A stretch of DNA of 64,000 nucleotides, taken from positions 512,001-576,000 of the forward strand of contig CAWJTV010000041.1 of NCBI GenBank assembly GCA_963845755.1. Reading direction: 5' to 3'. Both the position numbers and the translations under genes were made by a program. This DNA is from an uncultured Planctomycetota bacterium. Its GTDB lineage: Bacteria > Planctomycetota > Planctomycetia > Isosphaerales > Isosphaeraceae. The first letter of the stretch is position 1. Every line of letters begins with the position of its first letter. The notes under the pieces were generated by a model, which saw nothing but the letters and a program-made list of their open reading frames with translations, was not told where the DNA came from and searched no databases. Positions 22,043 through 31,281 of the stretch are shown piece after piece.

Positions 22043-22981
22043 TCATCGGCGTGTTGACTCAATACGGACCGGTAAGGCCCGTCGGATCGGCGCCGGGCGA
22101 GCGATTTGATCGCCCACCGTCTTCCGTTTCGCGCCATCCCCCGCGCCGGGCTGATTCCCGTCCGCGCCGGCTCCGGCGAGGTAGCCGTTGGCGATGAGGA
22201 CCTTCTCGTAGGTTCGGGCTTCCAGGAACCGGTCATGGAGCAGGCGCATCTGGCCTGGGTTCAGGATCCGCGCGACCTTGGCCTCGGGCAGCCGCGACAC
22301 CTGGAACATCACCGCGTACGTATCATATTCCCCGTAGTATTTGAGCGGAGGGGTTTCCTCCACGATCAGGGTCACGAACCGGCGATGCTGCAGGCCGCTC
22401 AACCCGAGCCGCTCATCGTAGACAGAGACGACCGATTCGACTCGGGATCGATAGATCTCCTTCGCGCCCTTGCTGACTGGTTCGTTCGCCAAGGTCGTCT
22501 TCAATGTCTTGCCCAGCAGCGATCTGCCGTCGAACGGGTCCTCGTTCATCATCTTCACCTGCCAGGATCGCAAATCCCGGTACAAGGCAAGGAACTGGTC
22601 TCGGTTGTCCAGGACACGCTTCATCGCCGCTTTCTTCTCCTCGGTGAAATCGAGCAACCGCTGGATGTCACGCTTTCCCGCGAGTTCCAGCTTCTTCTTC
22701 TGCGCGGCATTGAGCCCATGCCTCTGGACGAGCTCGTGGATCCTGGTGGAGAGGGTTTCCTGGTATCGTCTTCGGGTCTGCTCGAGACCCCCCGTTCGTT
22801 TGTAAATCATCTGGTCGAACCACTGCTCGAACTGTTCGTCGGAAACGAACAAGGCGTTGCGCGGCTTTGCCGGCTGTTCCTCGTCCGCATCGGCGTCGCC
22901 CTGGGCCCGGGCAGGAGGTCCGTAGCCGGCGAATCCCAGCATCATCGTGGCCAGGAGTAGGACTCCGAATCGTCGCTTCAT
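22043..22981 (-). CDS. Secreted LTxxQ-motif helical protein (paralog P5)
   Basis: MKRRFGVLLL...ARA signal; LNAAQKKKLELAGKRDIQR; QVSRLPE; NGYL. Confidence 0.82.
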   Translation of the reverse strand: MKRRFGVLLLATMMLGFAGYGPPARAQGDADADEEQPAKPRNALFVSDEQFEQWFDQMIYKRTGGLEQTRRRYQETLSTRIHELVQRHGLNAAQKKKLELAGKRDIQRLLDFTEEKKAAMKRVLDNRDQFLALYRDLRSWQVKMMNEDPFDGRSLLGKTLKTTLANEPVSKGAKEIYRSRVESVVSVYDERLGLSGLQHRRFVTLIVEETPPLKYYGEYDTYAVMFQVSRLPEAKVARILNPGQMRLLHDRFLEARTYEKVLIANGYLAGAGADGNQPGAGDGAKRKTVGDQIARPAPIRRALPVRIESTRR

Positions 22982-23110
22982 GACACTGCCCTCATGCGAC
23001 CGTCGGTCACGAGCCCGCGGGCCCGGAGAGGAGCGAAAGACACCCTCCTCGGAGTGGAGAGCGACGATTCACCAGGGAACGTGAGTTCCGTCTCGGCCAC
23101 CCGGGGAAGA

Positions 23111-23953
23111 TCAATTCCGCACGCGCGAGGTATAGCCGCGCTCGACCAGGACGTTTTCCATCCGCCTGGCCCGTTCGAATCGCTCGCTGAGCCGGCGCCA
23201 TTGGGCGTCGTCGAAGATCGGCTTGAGCTGGGCCTCGGGCAACCGGGAGGCTTGCAACAAGATCGCGTCCTCGTCGAGTTCGCCGTATTTTTCGAGGGGA
23301 CGGGTTTCCTTGGCGATCACGTCCAGGAGACGCCGATGTTGCTCCCGGCTCAATCGGAGCTCGCGGCTCAGGGGAAAGAGCACCCAGTTCACGCGTGTCC
23401 GATACGTGGCGACACGGTCCCTTTCCTCGTATCGGGCGCGTTGCTCGGGGGTTAATATCCTCTTGAGCGTCTTGGCGAAGAGCGAGTCGTCCTCGAAGTG
23501 GTTTCGAAGGTACTCCTGACGAAGCGCTAGCAGAACGCGGCGATTCACGTTGACGACGACGTGGTCTTCCTCGGGGTGATCGAACCGTTTCTTCATCTCG
23601 AAGCACCGATCAAGGAACCGCTTGATCTCGCCGCGCCCGGCCAGTTCGAGTTTCTTCTCTTGCTCGGCAGTGAGATCGTACATCTGGTCGACCTGATCGA
23701 TCACCCGGATGAGCCGCGATTCGAGATGATCCCGGATCGCTTCGGTATCCATATCCAAGCTCGCGCGGTCCACCGGATCGACGACCCGCCGAACTTCGAG
23801 CAGCACCGGTCCAGGCGGCCGCGGTTGTACCCCTGCCCCGGGTGGAGCGAAGGCCTCGGCAGGGTTGGCCTGCGCGCGGGCGGGCTGGGCCATTCCGACG
23901 ACCCCCAGCACGAACGCCGTACCGGCGAGTACACGAGAGGAGATTCGCCCCAT
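23111..23953 (-). CDS. Secreted LTxxQ-motif helical protein (paralog P6)
   Basis: GGAGG RBS; MGRISSRVL...ARA signal; LTAEQEKKLELAGRGEIKRFLD; QASRLPEAQLKPIFDDAQW. Confidence 0.82.
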   Translation of the reverse strand: MGRISSRVLAGTAFVLGVVGMAQPARAQANPAEAFAPPGAGVQPRPPGPVLLEVRRVVDPVDRASLDMDTEAIRDHLESRLIRVIDQVDQMYDLTAEQEKKLELAGRGEIKRFLDRCFEMKKRFDHPEEDHVVVNVNRRVLLALRQEYLRNHFEDDSLFAKTLKRILTPEQRARYEERDRVATYRTRVNWVLFPLSRELRLSREQHRRLLDVIAKETRPLEKYGELDEDAILLQASRLPEAQLKPIFDDAQWRRLSERFERARRMENVLVERGYTSRVRN

Positions 23954-24007
23954 GAGCAACCTCCCTGGGATCGCGGTCGTGTGAACGATGAGAGGTTCCG
24001 GAGCCCA

Positions 24008-24069
24008 GTAGGGTGGGTGAAACCCCACCAAAGAATCGGCCCGATTCCGGTGGGTTTCACCCACCCTAC
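24008..24069. repeat. GTAG-type REP doublet
   Basis: gtagggtgggtgaaaccccacc ... ggtgggtttcacccaccctac inverted arms. Confidence 0.85.
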
Positions 24070-24099
24070 AAAGGCGGGATGCCGTCCTCGGACTGCTGC

Positions 24100-27000
24100 T
24101 TATTGACCACCGGCGCCCTTTTCGAGCCGGTTGAAATACTCATCCAGGCCGGCGCGGAATTCTTCGGGCAAGGACGGGCCCGACTCGCCGGTGGCCTGGG
24201 TGACTCCGCGGTCCTCGCGGACCTCCTTCTCGTTGACGCCGCCGCCCACGAGCGCGAGGGCCGAGTCGTGGGTCGTGCCGGTGCCGCCGCCGCCGGGGTT
24301 CGCACCGCCGCCGCCGCCACCCTTGGGATTGATCCGCTTGGACTGGAGGAGCAGCTCGATGGCTTCGGTCTCGGCACCGATGGCAGGGCTGCCGGTCTCC
24401 GGCCGGGCCAGGATCTCGGACGCCTCGCCCATGACCTCGGCGACCAGCGTGAGCAAGCCGATCTCCTTGGGGAACTCCTGCTCGCCGTCGGGCAATTCGC
24501 GGATCTTCTGCGTGACTTTCTCGGTGCGATCCTTGATGCCGTTCTGCGACTCCGAGAGCTTGCCTGCCTGGCGCTTGTGCTCCTCGGCCTTGACCGCGGG
24601 GCGGGCCTGCTCGGCGACGCGGGTCTCCTCGCGGAGGTTGACTTCCGCCTCGAGGATCTGGAGGACTTCCAGCACGATCGAGGGGGGCAGGCTGGCCTTC
24701 GACTTGCCGCCGGGGCATTGCCCGCTGCACGCCGGGTTGACCAGGTCTTCGGCCCAGCGGTCCAGAGTGTCGGACCAGAATTCGCACTGGGCGATCGACA
24801 CTCCATGCTCCTTCTTGATGTCGTCGCCGAGTTGCCGGAGGCCGCCGATGACGTCCTCTTTCCGCATCTCGTCCAACACGGTCCTGAAGCGGATGAACTG
24901 CCGGCGCTCGAAGTAGGACTGCATGTCGTCCATGATCAGCGAGACGTCGTGGCTCCCCTTGCCTTCCAGGTCGGCCATCTCGCCCAGGACTTTCCACGCC
25001 GGTGCGCCGACGGTCTGTCCCGCGGCACCGAAGGTTTCCCCGATCTGGTCGGAGATCCGGCCACCGATCTTGTACTGGACCCGAGAAGCCGCCTTCAATC
25101 GCTTGACCAGCGTGCTCCCCTCCAGGTTGGCCAGGACGCGGTTGAGCTCGTCGGCGACCTTCTCGAACTCCGCCAGCAGGTCGCGCTGCTGCTTGAGGGC
25201 CTGATCCAGTTTCTCCTCCTCGGGATTGTCCGGTGGCGGAGGGCCCTTGGGATCCTGGGGCTTACCCATGAGAGTCGTCACGGGCAGCCGCTGGGGCGGC
25301 GAGCCCCCCTTGCTCTTGCCGGGCTTCCCTTCGAGTGGCTTGTCGGGAGGCGAGTTCTGGGACGATTCCATGTCGACCACGCGGGGGATGACGGGCTGGT
25401 CCGTCTTCGCCTTCGGATCGCCTTCCTTGGGCTGCCCGGTCCCGGAGGCTCGGATCTGGCCAGCCATCTTCGTGGGGCTGGCCGGCGGAGGGGTCGCCGC
25501 GATCTTCGTCGGCGCCTGGGCGGCCTGCTTGAGCAGGTCGGAGACCGAAGGCATCCGGTTGCCGGCGATGTCCTTGAGGATCTGGAGCATCTCGGCCCAC
25601 TTCTCCAGGTGGCCGACGCCGAACTCGGGGTTCCGCATCGCCTGGCGGACCAGGTCGTCGCCCGAGACGACCAGGCCCGAAAGCCGGCGCCCGTTCTGGC
25701 GCTCGGCCGATGACTGGTTCTCGATGCGACGGCGGGTCTCGGGCCGGTCCAGCTCCTCGGAGTTCATGGCACGCAGTTGCTTGTTAGTCTCGTGGAGCTG
25801 AAGCTCCCGATCGCGGACGTCGATCGCCTGGCGATGCCAGCGGCTGAGTTGCTCGGTCAGCCAGATGGCGTGCTGCTCGGGGGTGAGCACGAAGAAGGTG
25901 TAGGGTGCCGAATACACCCGCTCGCGGCCGGGGAGATAATCCTCGACGAACATCCGGACCTGCACCGGCTGGGGCTCGATGCCCAGCGACTTGGCCGAGA
26001 ACGTGCCGCCGACCTGCATCGACTCCTTCTCGTGGTCGCCCGCCGCCAGGATCCGCTCGCCCTTGGCCGGCTTCGAAACGGCCGGATCGTCCACGCCCTC
26101 CCAGACCATGCCGACGCGCCGGATGCCGAAATCGTCCTGGGCCCGGATCGTGAAGCCGAGCTGCTCCGAGTCGAGCACGACTTTCTGCCGCGGCAGCTCT
26201 TCGCAGGTGAGGCTCGGGGCCTCGTCCTCGCGGCCGTTGATGGCCAGGCTGAACGGTTCCTTCCCTTCCAGCCCGTAGGTGTCCCGCCAGCGGAACTCCA
26301 TCTTGCGCGGGCCTTTGACCGTCGTCGCCGGGCTGGTGATCGTCGCGCCGGCGGGATTCCGGGACTGGCCGTCGACCTGGGCGGACTTCAGCTCGCGGGT
26401 CGCCGTGGCGGCGAACGTGGCCTGGCTTCCCTCGACCAGCGAGATCGCCCCGCCGCGCACGTCCTTCTGGAGGTCGCCGGGGCGACCGAGATACGCCGGG
26501 AGGCTCACGCCCGCGACGATCGACGACAGCTCGGGCCGCAGTGTCGGCTCGACGTACACCTTCTGCCAGGCGTCGCCGATCCGGACCATCAGCCAGCCGG
26601 GATCGATCTGCGAGGGGAGCTCGAACTCATAGCGGCCGTCGCGGAGCGTGGCGGCCACCGCGGGCTGGCCGTCGAACTGGGCCTCCCCCTTGCTGGGCTG
26701 CCAGACGGTATCCTCGGCCAGCCGCGCCGTGACCGTGAACGGTTCGCCGTGCGCGACGACCATCCGGTCGCTCAAGGGCTCGAGCGCCGCGAACGTATAG
26801 CGGGGCGTACTGCCCCAGGGCGACAGCAGCCGCGCCCAGGCGCTGCGAGCCGCCGCCGGGAACGCCAGGGCCAGCGCCAGCGTCAGGACGACGGGCACGG
26901 CCGCGATCCCCATCCACAGCCGATGGCGCGGGGCCGGCACCGCATCGGAGAAGTCCCGCCGCTGCGCGTCCTGGGCCACTTCCCGGACCGCCGCCTCGCA

Positions 27001-27387
27001 CAACGCCAGCGATCGCGATTGCTCGAAATCGTTCCGGACCAGTTCGATGATCCCCAGCAACTGGTCGCCGACCTGCGGATGCTTCCGGCTCAAGAGCCGC
27101 GCGAGCTGCTCCAGCTTGCGGTTCCGCCAGATCCACCGGTGCACGGCCATCGGCACCTTCGCGAAGCCGACCACGGCTGCGACGAACAACACGGCACGCA
27201 ACCAGACCGGCGTGTCCCACGCGCGATCCAGCAGGAACATCAGCAGGTAGGCGGCCACGATCGCGAAGACCGCCACGCAGGCGGCCTCCACCATCTTGAT
27301 GACCCATACCCGGCGGCGGAACTCGTGCAACTGCTTCTGCAGCGCCTCGGGCAGTTGCAGCCGTTCATGCGTATACGCGAGGCTCAT
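24100..27387 (-). CDS. Large membrane-anchored coiled-coil protein (DUF4175-like) of the MoxR operon
   Basis: Three N-terminal TM segments, beta-rich middle (AQDDFGI), long helical C-terminus ending LPEEFRAGLDEYFNRL. Confidence 0.75.
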   Translation of the reverse strand: MSLAYTHERLQLPEALQKQLHEFRRRVWVIKMVEAACVAVFAIVAAYLLMFLLDRAWDTPVWLRAVLFVAAVVGFAKVPMAVHRWIWRNRKLEQLARLLSRKHPQVGDQLLGIIELVRNDFEQSRSLALCEAAVREVAQDAQRRDFSDAVPAPRHRLWMGIAAVPVVLTLALALAFPAAARSAWARLLSPWGSTPRYTFAALEPLSDRMVVAHGEPFTVTARLAEDTVWQPSKGEAQFDGQPAVAATLRDGRYEFELPSQIDPGWLMVRIGDAWQKVYVEPTLRPELSSIVAGVSLPAYLGRPGDLQKDVRGGAISLVEGSQATFAATATRELKSAQVDGQSRNPAGATITSPATTVKGPRKMEFRWRDTYGLEGKEPFSLAINGREDEAPSLTCEELPRQKVVLDSEQLGFTIRAQDDFGIRRVGMVWEGVDDPAVSKPAKGERILAAGDHEKESMQVGGTFSAKSLGIEPQPVQVRMFVEDYLPGRERVYSAPYTFFVLTPEQHAIWLTEQLSRWHRQAIDVRDRELQLHETNKQLRAMNSEELDRPETRRRIENQSSAERQNGRRLSGLVVSGDDLVRQAMRNPEFGVGHLEKWAEMLQILKDIAGNRMPSVSDLLKQAAQAPTKIAATPPPASPTKMAGQIRASGTGQPKEGDPKAKTDQPVIPRVVDMESSQNSPPDKPLEGKPGKSKGGSPPQRLPVTTLMGKPQDPKGPPPPDNPEEEKLDQALKQQRDLLAEFEKVADELNRVLANLEGSTLVKRLKAASRVQYKIGGRISDQIGETFGAAGQTVGAPAWKVLGEMADLEGKGSHDVSLIMDDMQSYFERRQFIRFRTVLDEMRKEDVIGGLRQLGDDIKKEHGVSIAQCEFWSDTLDRWAEDLVNPACSGQCPGGKSKASLPPSIVLEVLQILEAEVNLREETRVAEQARPAVKAEEHKRQAGKLSESQNGIKDRTEKVTQKIRELPDGEQEFPKEIGLLTLVAEVMGEASEILARPETGSPAIGAETEAIELLLQSKRINPKGGGGGGANPGGGGTGTTHDSALALVGGGVNEKEVREDRGVTQATGESGPSLPEEFRAGLDEYFNRLEKGAGGQ

Positions 27388-27415
27388 GGATACCTCACAG
27401 TCCACTGGGTCACAC

Positions 27416-27474
27416 GTAGGTCAGGCTTTCCAGCCTGACAACCATCGAGCGTCAGGCTGGAAGGCCTGATCTAC
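27416..27474. repeat. GTAG-type REP doublet
   Basis: gtaggtcaggctttccagcctgac ... gtcaggctggaaggcctgatctac. Confidence 0.85.
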
Positions 27475-27487
27475 CTTGGAACGTCAA

Positions 27488-27580
27488 CGACGCCTGTCCG
27501 AATCCCCCTACTATACAAGACCGATCACCTTCCGGCCTACCCAGAAGACTCTCAAGGGGTCCGAATAGGCCTGCTCCGAG
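27488..27580 (-). repeat. Direct repeat: second copy of the 3' end of the gene ending at 29031
   Basis: Aligns with 29008..29099 (offset 1520); core actatacaagaccgat(c/g)accttccggcctacccagaa has one mismatch in 37 nt. Confidence 0.92.
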
Positions 27581-27610
27581 TCTCGCTGGTCTCTTCGATT
27601 TGGGAGCGGT

Positions 27611-27985
27611 TCATTTGGATACTGACGCCAAGTTATTGTTCTGCATGTGAGCAGGACGGTACCCGGGGAGGGCGGAACCCAAACTCTTCATTTCTGGGTA
27701 TGCTTCCAGAGCCTCCCAGGCCCGAGCTTCAAACTCCTCCTTGGACGACCAAGCAGGCATGAAGGGAGGAAATGGTGGTTCGCTAAGCCAGGCGATGTAA
27801 TCAGGAAGAGTACGTTGAGCGGCGAGTTGGAATGGTTGCATGGTGGTCGGGAAGATGTCGTTGTCCCGGAGCCATCGCGTAGCGGGACCCATCTCCCGAT
27901 CGCCATCGGAAGCACGATAGACATCGTAGCAGTAATAACGGACGAAGTTTAATTCGTTCTCGGTGAGAGTGAACGAGGTTGACAC
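27611..27985 (-). CDS. Hypothetical protein (124 aa)
   Basis: GTG start after GAGGAGG RBS (VSTSFTLTENELNF...); lower GC than flanking operon genes. Confidence 0.65.
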   Translation of the reverse strand: MSTSFTLTENELNFVRYYCYDVYRASDGDREMGPATRWLRDNDIFPTTMQPFQLAAQRTLPDYIAWLSEPPFPPFMPAWSSKEEFEARAWEALEAYPEMKSLGSALPGYRPAHMQNNNLASVSK

Positions 27986-28001
27986 TCGTGCCTCCTCTTC
28001 G

Positions 28002-28340
28002 TCAAACGTTGATTTGGGGCCAATACCCTGATCGGAACATTCTTGCCCGGTCCTGATCCCTCGGATCGGTGAGGAAAGACGCCAAGTCTGGGTAGCCTTG
28101 AGATGCGTTTGTGGCCCATCGTTCGGCCCCAGCAACAGGGCGTATGACGGGGATGGTCTCCTCAGGAGCCTTGACGACATTTCTCTTAATCCAAAACACC
28201 GGACGCCGACATTCATGATTTGGACAATCCATCGCCAACCGACCAGCCCCGATCTCTCCTTTTAATGGCTCAAGATACCATTCGATGAACCAATCCTCGA
28301 ATTTTACGTTGCACCAGGGACATGTTTCTCCGTGTGGCAT
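28002..28340 (-). CDS. Hypothetical Zn-ribbon-like protein (112 aa)
   Basis: MPHGETCPWC ... DCPNHEC cysteine pairs; stop codon 16 nt before the next start. Confidence 0.6.
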   Translation of the reverse strand: MPHGETCPWCNVKFEDWFIEWYLEPLKGEIGAGRLAMDCPNHECRRPVFWIKRNVVKAPEETIPVIRPVAGAERWATNASQGYPDLASFLTDPRDQDRARMFRSGYWPQINV

Positions 28341-28482
28341 CGCAACCCGGATGTATCTATGGGTCAAACGCGGTCGGCCAACTTTCTCGAGCCCCTCGAT
28401 TTCCGTGGTCCAAACCCTTCTACTCTTACGAGACCGAAGACCTTTCCAGACCAAAGGCGGGCCGGATCCGTCACAGCCAAGG

Positions 28483-28701
28483 TCACGCGTAGAGTAAGCG
28501 ACCTCGCGGCTTGGGGATCGGCCGGCCCAATTCCTTGGCCGTCTCGATCCACTCGCTGATGATGAGCTCCACCGCGTCGAGAGCCCCCCGGTAAGAGGCA
28601 CCATCGGCGGCACATCCGGGCAACTCAGGGACTTCGGCGAGGAATGCCTGATCTGCTTCGCTCCAGTAAATAATGATCTCGTAACGTGGGTTATCGGGCA
28701 T
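28483..28701 (-). CDS. hicB: HicB family antitoxin
   Basis: YEIIIYWSEADQAFLAEVPELPGCAADG...WIETAKELGRPIPKP. Confidence 0.92.
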   Translation of the reverse strand: MPDNPRYEIIIYWSEADQAFLAEVPELPGCAADGASYRGALDAVELIISEWIETAKELGRPIPKPRGRLLYA

Positions 28702-28938
28702 CTGACTCCTCCGCCAATCGATACCGGATGATCACGTCCCGGACCTGTCTGACCTGATACGCCTTGGCCAGAGAGTCTCGCGGCTGAAGGTTCAGGATCT
28801 CCTCAACGCCGTCGCGCGTGAAGATGTGGTGGTCGCCTCGAATGCGCACCTCAAAGCCAAGACGCTCCAACAACTGACACAGGTCGCCGAATCGGATGTT
28901 CCACGGAGAACTCGGGCGAGCGTTTTCGACCAACTCAT
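28691..28938 (-). pseudogene. hicA: HicA family mRNA interferase toxin, frameshifted near 28895
   Basis: MSWSKTLARVLRGTSD in one frame; NIRFGDLCQLLERLGF..RGDHHIF..KAYQVRQV in another; overlaps hicB start. Confidence 0.8.
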
Positions 28939-29030
28939 CGCGGCCGAACCTCCAAGATGAGTCACCCGAGTTCTGCTCGTCAGTCTGGAAAACCCGACCG
29001 ACTTCGCCGACGCCTGTCCGAGCCCCTCCA

Positions 29031-31281
29031 CTATACAAGACCGATGACCTTCCGGCCTACCCAGAACACGCCCAGGAGTCCGATCAGCGCCGCCCCGAGC
29101 GCGGGATGGGCCCAGAGCGGGATCCGGCGCACCGAGGGTGGCGGGTCGGGCAGCTCGGAGAGCGACTGCACGACCTGGTCGATCTTGCTGGGATCGATGA
29201 CCTTGCCGCCGGTGACCCGGGCGAGTTCTTCGAGCACCTCCGGGCGGGCGGGCCGACCCGGCCGCTCGGCCGCCACGCCCTGGACGAAGAACGTGGTTTC
29301 CAGCGTCGCGGCGGTCTGCTTGCAGAAGAGCGTCACCTTGTGACTGCCCCCCTCTTCGGCGAGGAATCGGCCGGTGAACTCGCCCCACTCGTCGCCGGTC
29401 GTCGTGAGATGGACCAGCTCGGCCTTGCCCGACGGGGCCGCGATCCGCGCCGTGACGTCACCTTGATGGAGCGGCTCGCCGCTCCGATCCATGACGTTGG
29501 CGTGCAGGGCCAGGATCTGGTTCCGCTTCGGCTGATCGGGAACGTAGTAGAACCGCATCGTCTCGCCCTTGGCCATGTTCCGCTGATAGGCCATCCAGCG
29601 CACGACCTGGCCCCAGAACCGGTAGTGGTACTTGTCCTCGACCCCTTTCCGCCAACGCCAGGCGCCGTCGGTCCCCATGAAGAGCACCTTGCCGGCGCCG
29701 AAGGTCCGCGTGACCAGGAGCGGCATCCGACCGTAGTCGTTGGAGACATCCTTATGGACGCAGAGCACCTCGCTGCCCGCCTTAGCGCGGAGCACCGGCG
29801 CATACCACTGGAAGCCCGGCAGACCTTCCCAGACCTGGGCGTTATCGTCCTCGGTGTCGGCAAGCTTGGTGAGCAAGCTGCGCCGGCCCGTCTCGGTCAA
29901 TTCGAAGTGATTGGGCGTGCGCGAGCCCCAACCGCTGGGCTGGGACGTATCCATCACGACCGGGCAGAGATCCTCCAGCTCCGTTTCCAGCAGCGTGAAC
30001 TCACGCCCATGCATGCCCGGCATGAACACCAGCCCGCTGGCCTGGTGCTCGACGATCCCCTTGATCAGCCGGCACTGCTCGACCGTCAACTGGCCGTCGT
30101 CGACCCCGACATCGCCGAGGAAGACCACATCGAACTTCGAAAGCTCATCCAGGCCGGCGGGGAACTGTTTGATGTAATCCTTGTTGCCGCCGCCGGGTTT
30201 GCTGAGGCCCGGGTGGAACAGCAGGCAGGAGAGCTCGACGCCGGGGTCGCGCGACAGAGCATTCCGCAAGTATCGGTATTCCCACCGCGGGTACGACTCG
30301 ACGAGCAGGACGCGGAGCTTCTCCTCGCGGATGGCGATCGGTGCCGAGAGCGTGTTGTTCTCGGTGGAGATCTCGTCGCCATGCTTGGGGATCGAGAGCG
30401 TCAGGGTGAAATCGCCGATGGCCTTGGGCCGCCAGACGAGCCAGTCGCTGGTCCGGCTCATCGGGGCGATCCGCACGTCGCGAGAGACCGAATCGCCGTC
30501 GGAGGTCTTGAGTGTGACGGTGGTGAGGTATTCGCGCGGCAGCGAGCTGTCGATCGTGAACGGGATCCGGACGGACTTGCCCGTCACGCCGAACGTCGGC
30601 AGGTCGAGGCTCAGCAGCTCGACGTCGGGCAACCGGGTGCGGCTCCCCGCCGGCACGGCGAGGATCGGCACGCCCTTGACCCGGAGCCGGGCGGCGGCTT
30701 GCACCGGGGGCTGGCCCTCGTTCCAGTCGCCATCCGAGGCCAGGACGATCCCGCGCAGGTTGGAGATTCGCTCCTGCGCGGGCCAGCGGGTCGTAAAGGT
30801 CGGTACCTTGACCGGTCCGACTCGCCGTGGAGGCACTCGGATCCGAGGTCGATCCGGGATTGATGGAAGGTGCCGAAAACGGCTGGATGATGACGTTCAT
30901 CCGCGCCCGGATCCGATCCCAGGCCGCGGGGTCGACCAGGGGCGCGACGGCCTCGCGGCGCGTCGTCGCCGTGGGACTCGGCTGGTCGGCCTGGACGACG
31001 TCGCGCGTCTCCATGCTCGGCGATGCGTCCCAGAGGACGGCGATCGTCGGCTTCTCTTGCGGGCGGAATTCTTCGATCCACTCCGGCTGGTTGAGCATCA
31101 CCGCGACGGTCGCGACCAGGGCCAGCCGCAACAGCTCGAGCAGTCCCATCGAGAACCGATAGCCGCTGCGGCGCCAGGCGACGAAGCTGTATCCGGCCGT
31201 GAGCAGCACGGCCATCAGCGAGAGGGCCAACGTCCATGGTGTCCAGAGGAATGTAAGCGATCGAGTCACGCTTGTCGTCAT
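29031..31281 (-). CDS. vWA / glutamine-amidotransferase-like domain membrane protein (frameshift near 30780)
   Basis: WDASPSM MIDAS-like motif (ORF 30145..31281), SDGDWN, PRWEYRYL, WRWR, FWGQVVRW (ORF 29031..30836). Confidence 0.8.

Noticed and set aside
20323..22236. 637-aa ORF appearing as a two-domain protein
   Set aside because: Artefactual fusion of paralogs P4 and P3 through a frameshift; each has its own start and signal peptide, and their C-termini lie in other frames
27488..29099. Diversity-generating retroelement (template/variable repeat pair at a gene 3' end)
   Set aside because: Mismatches are not restricted to adenines, many are synonymous, and no reverse transcriptase is present in the window
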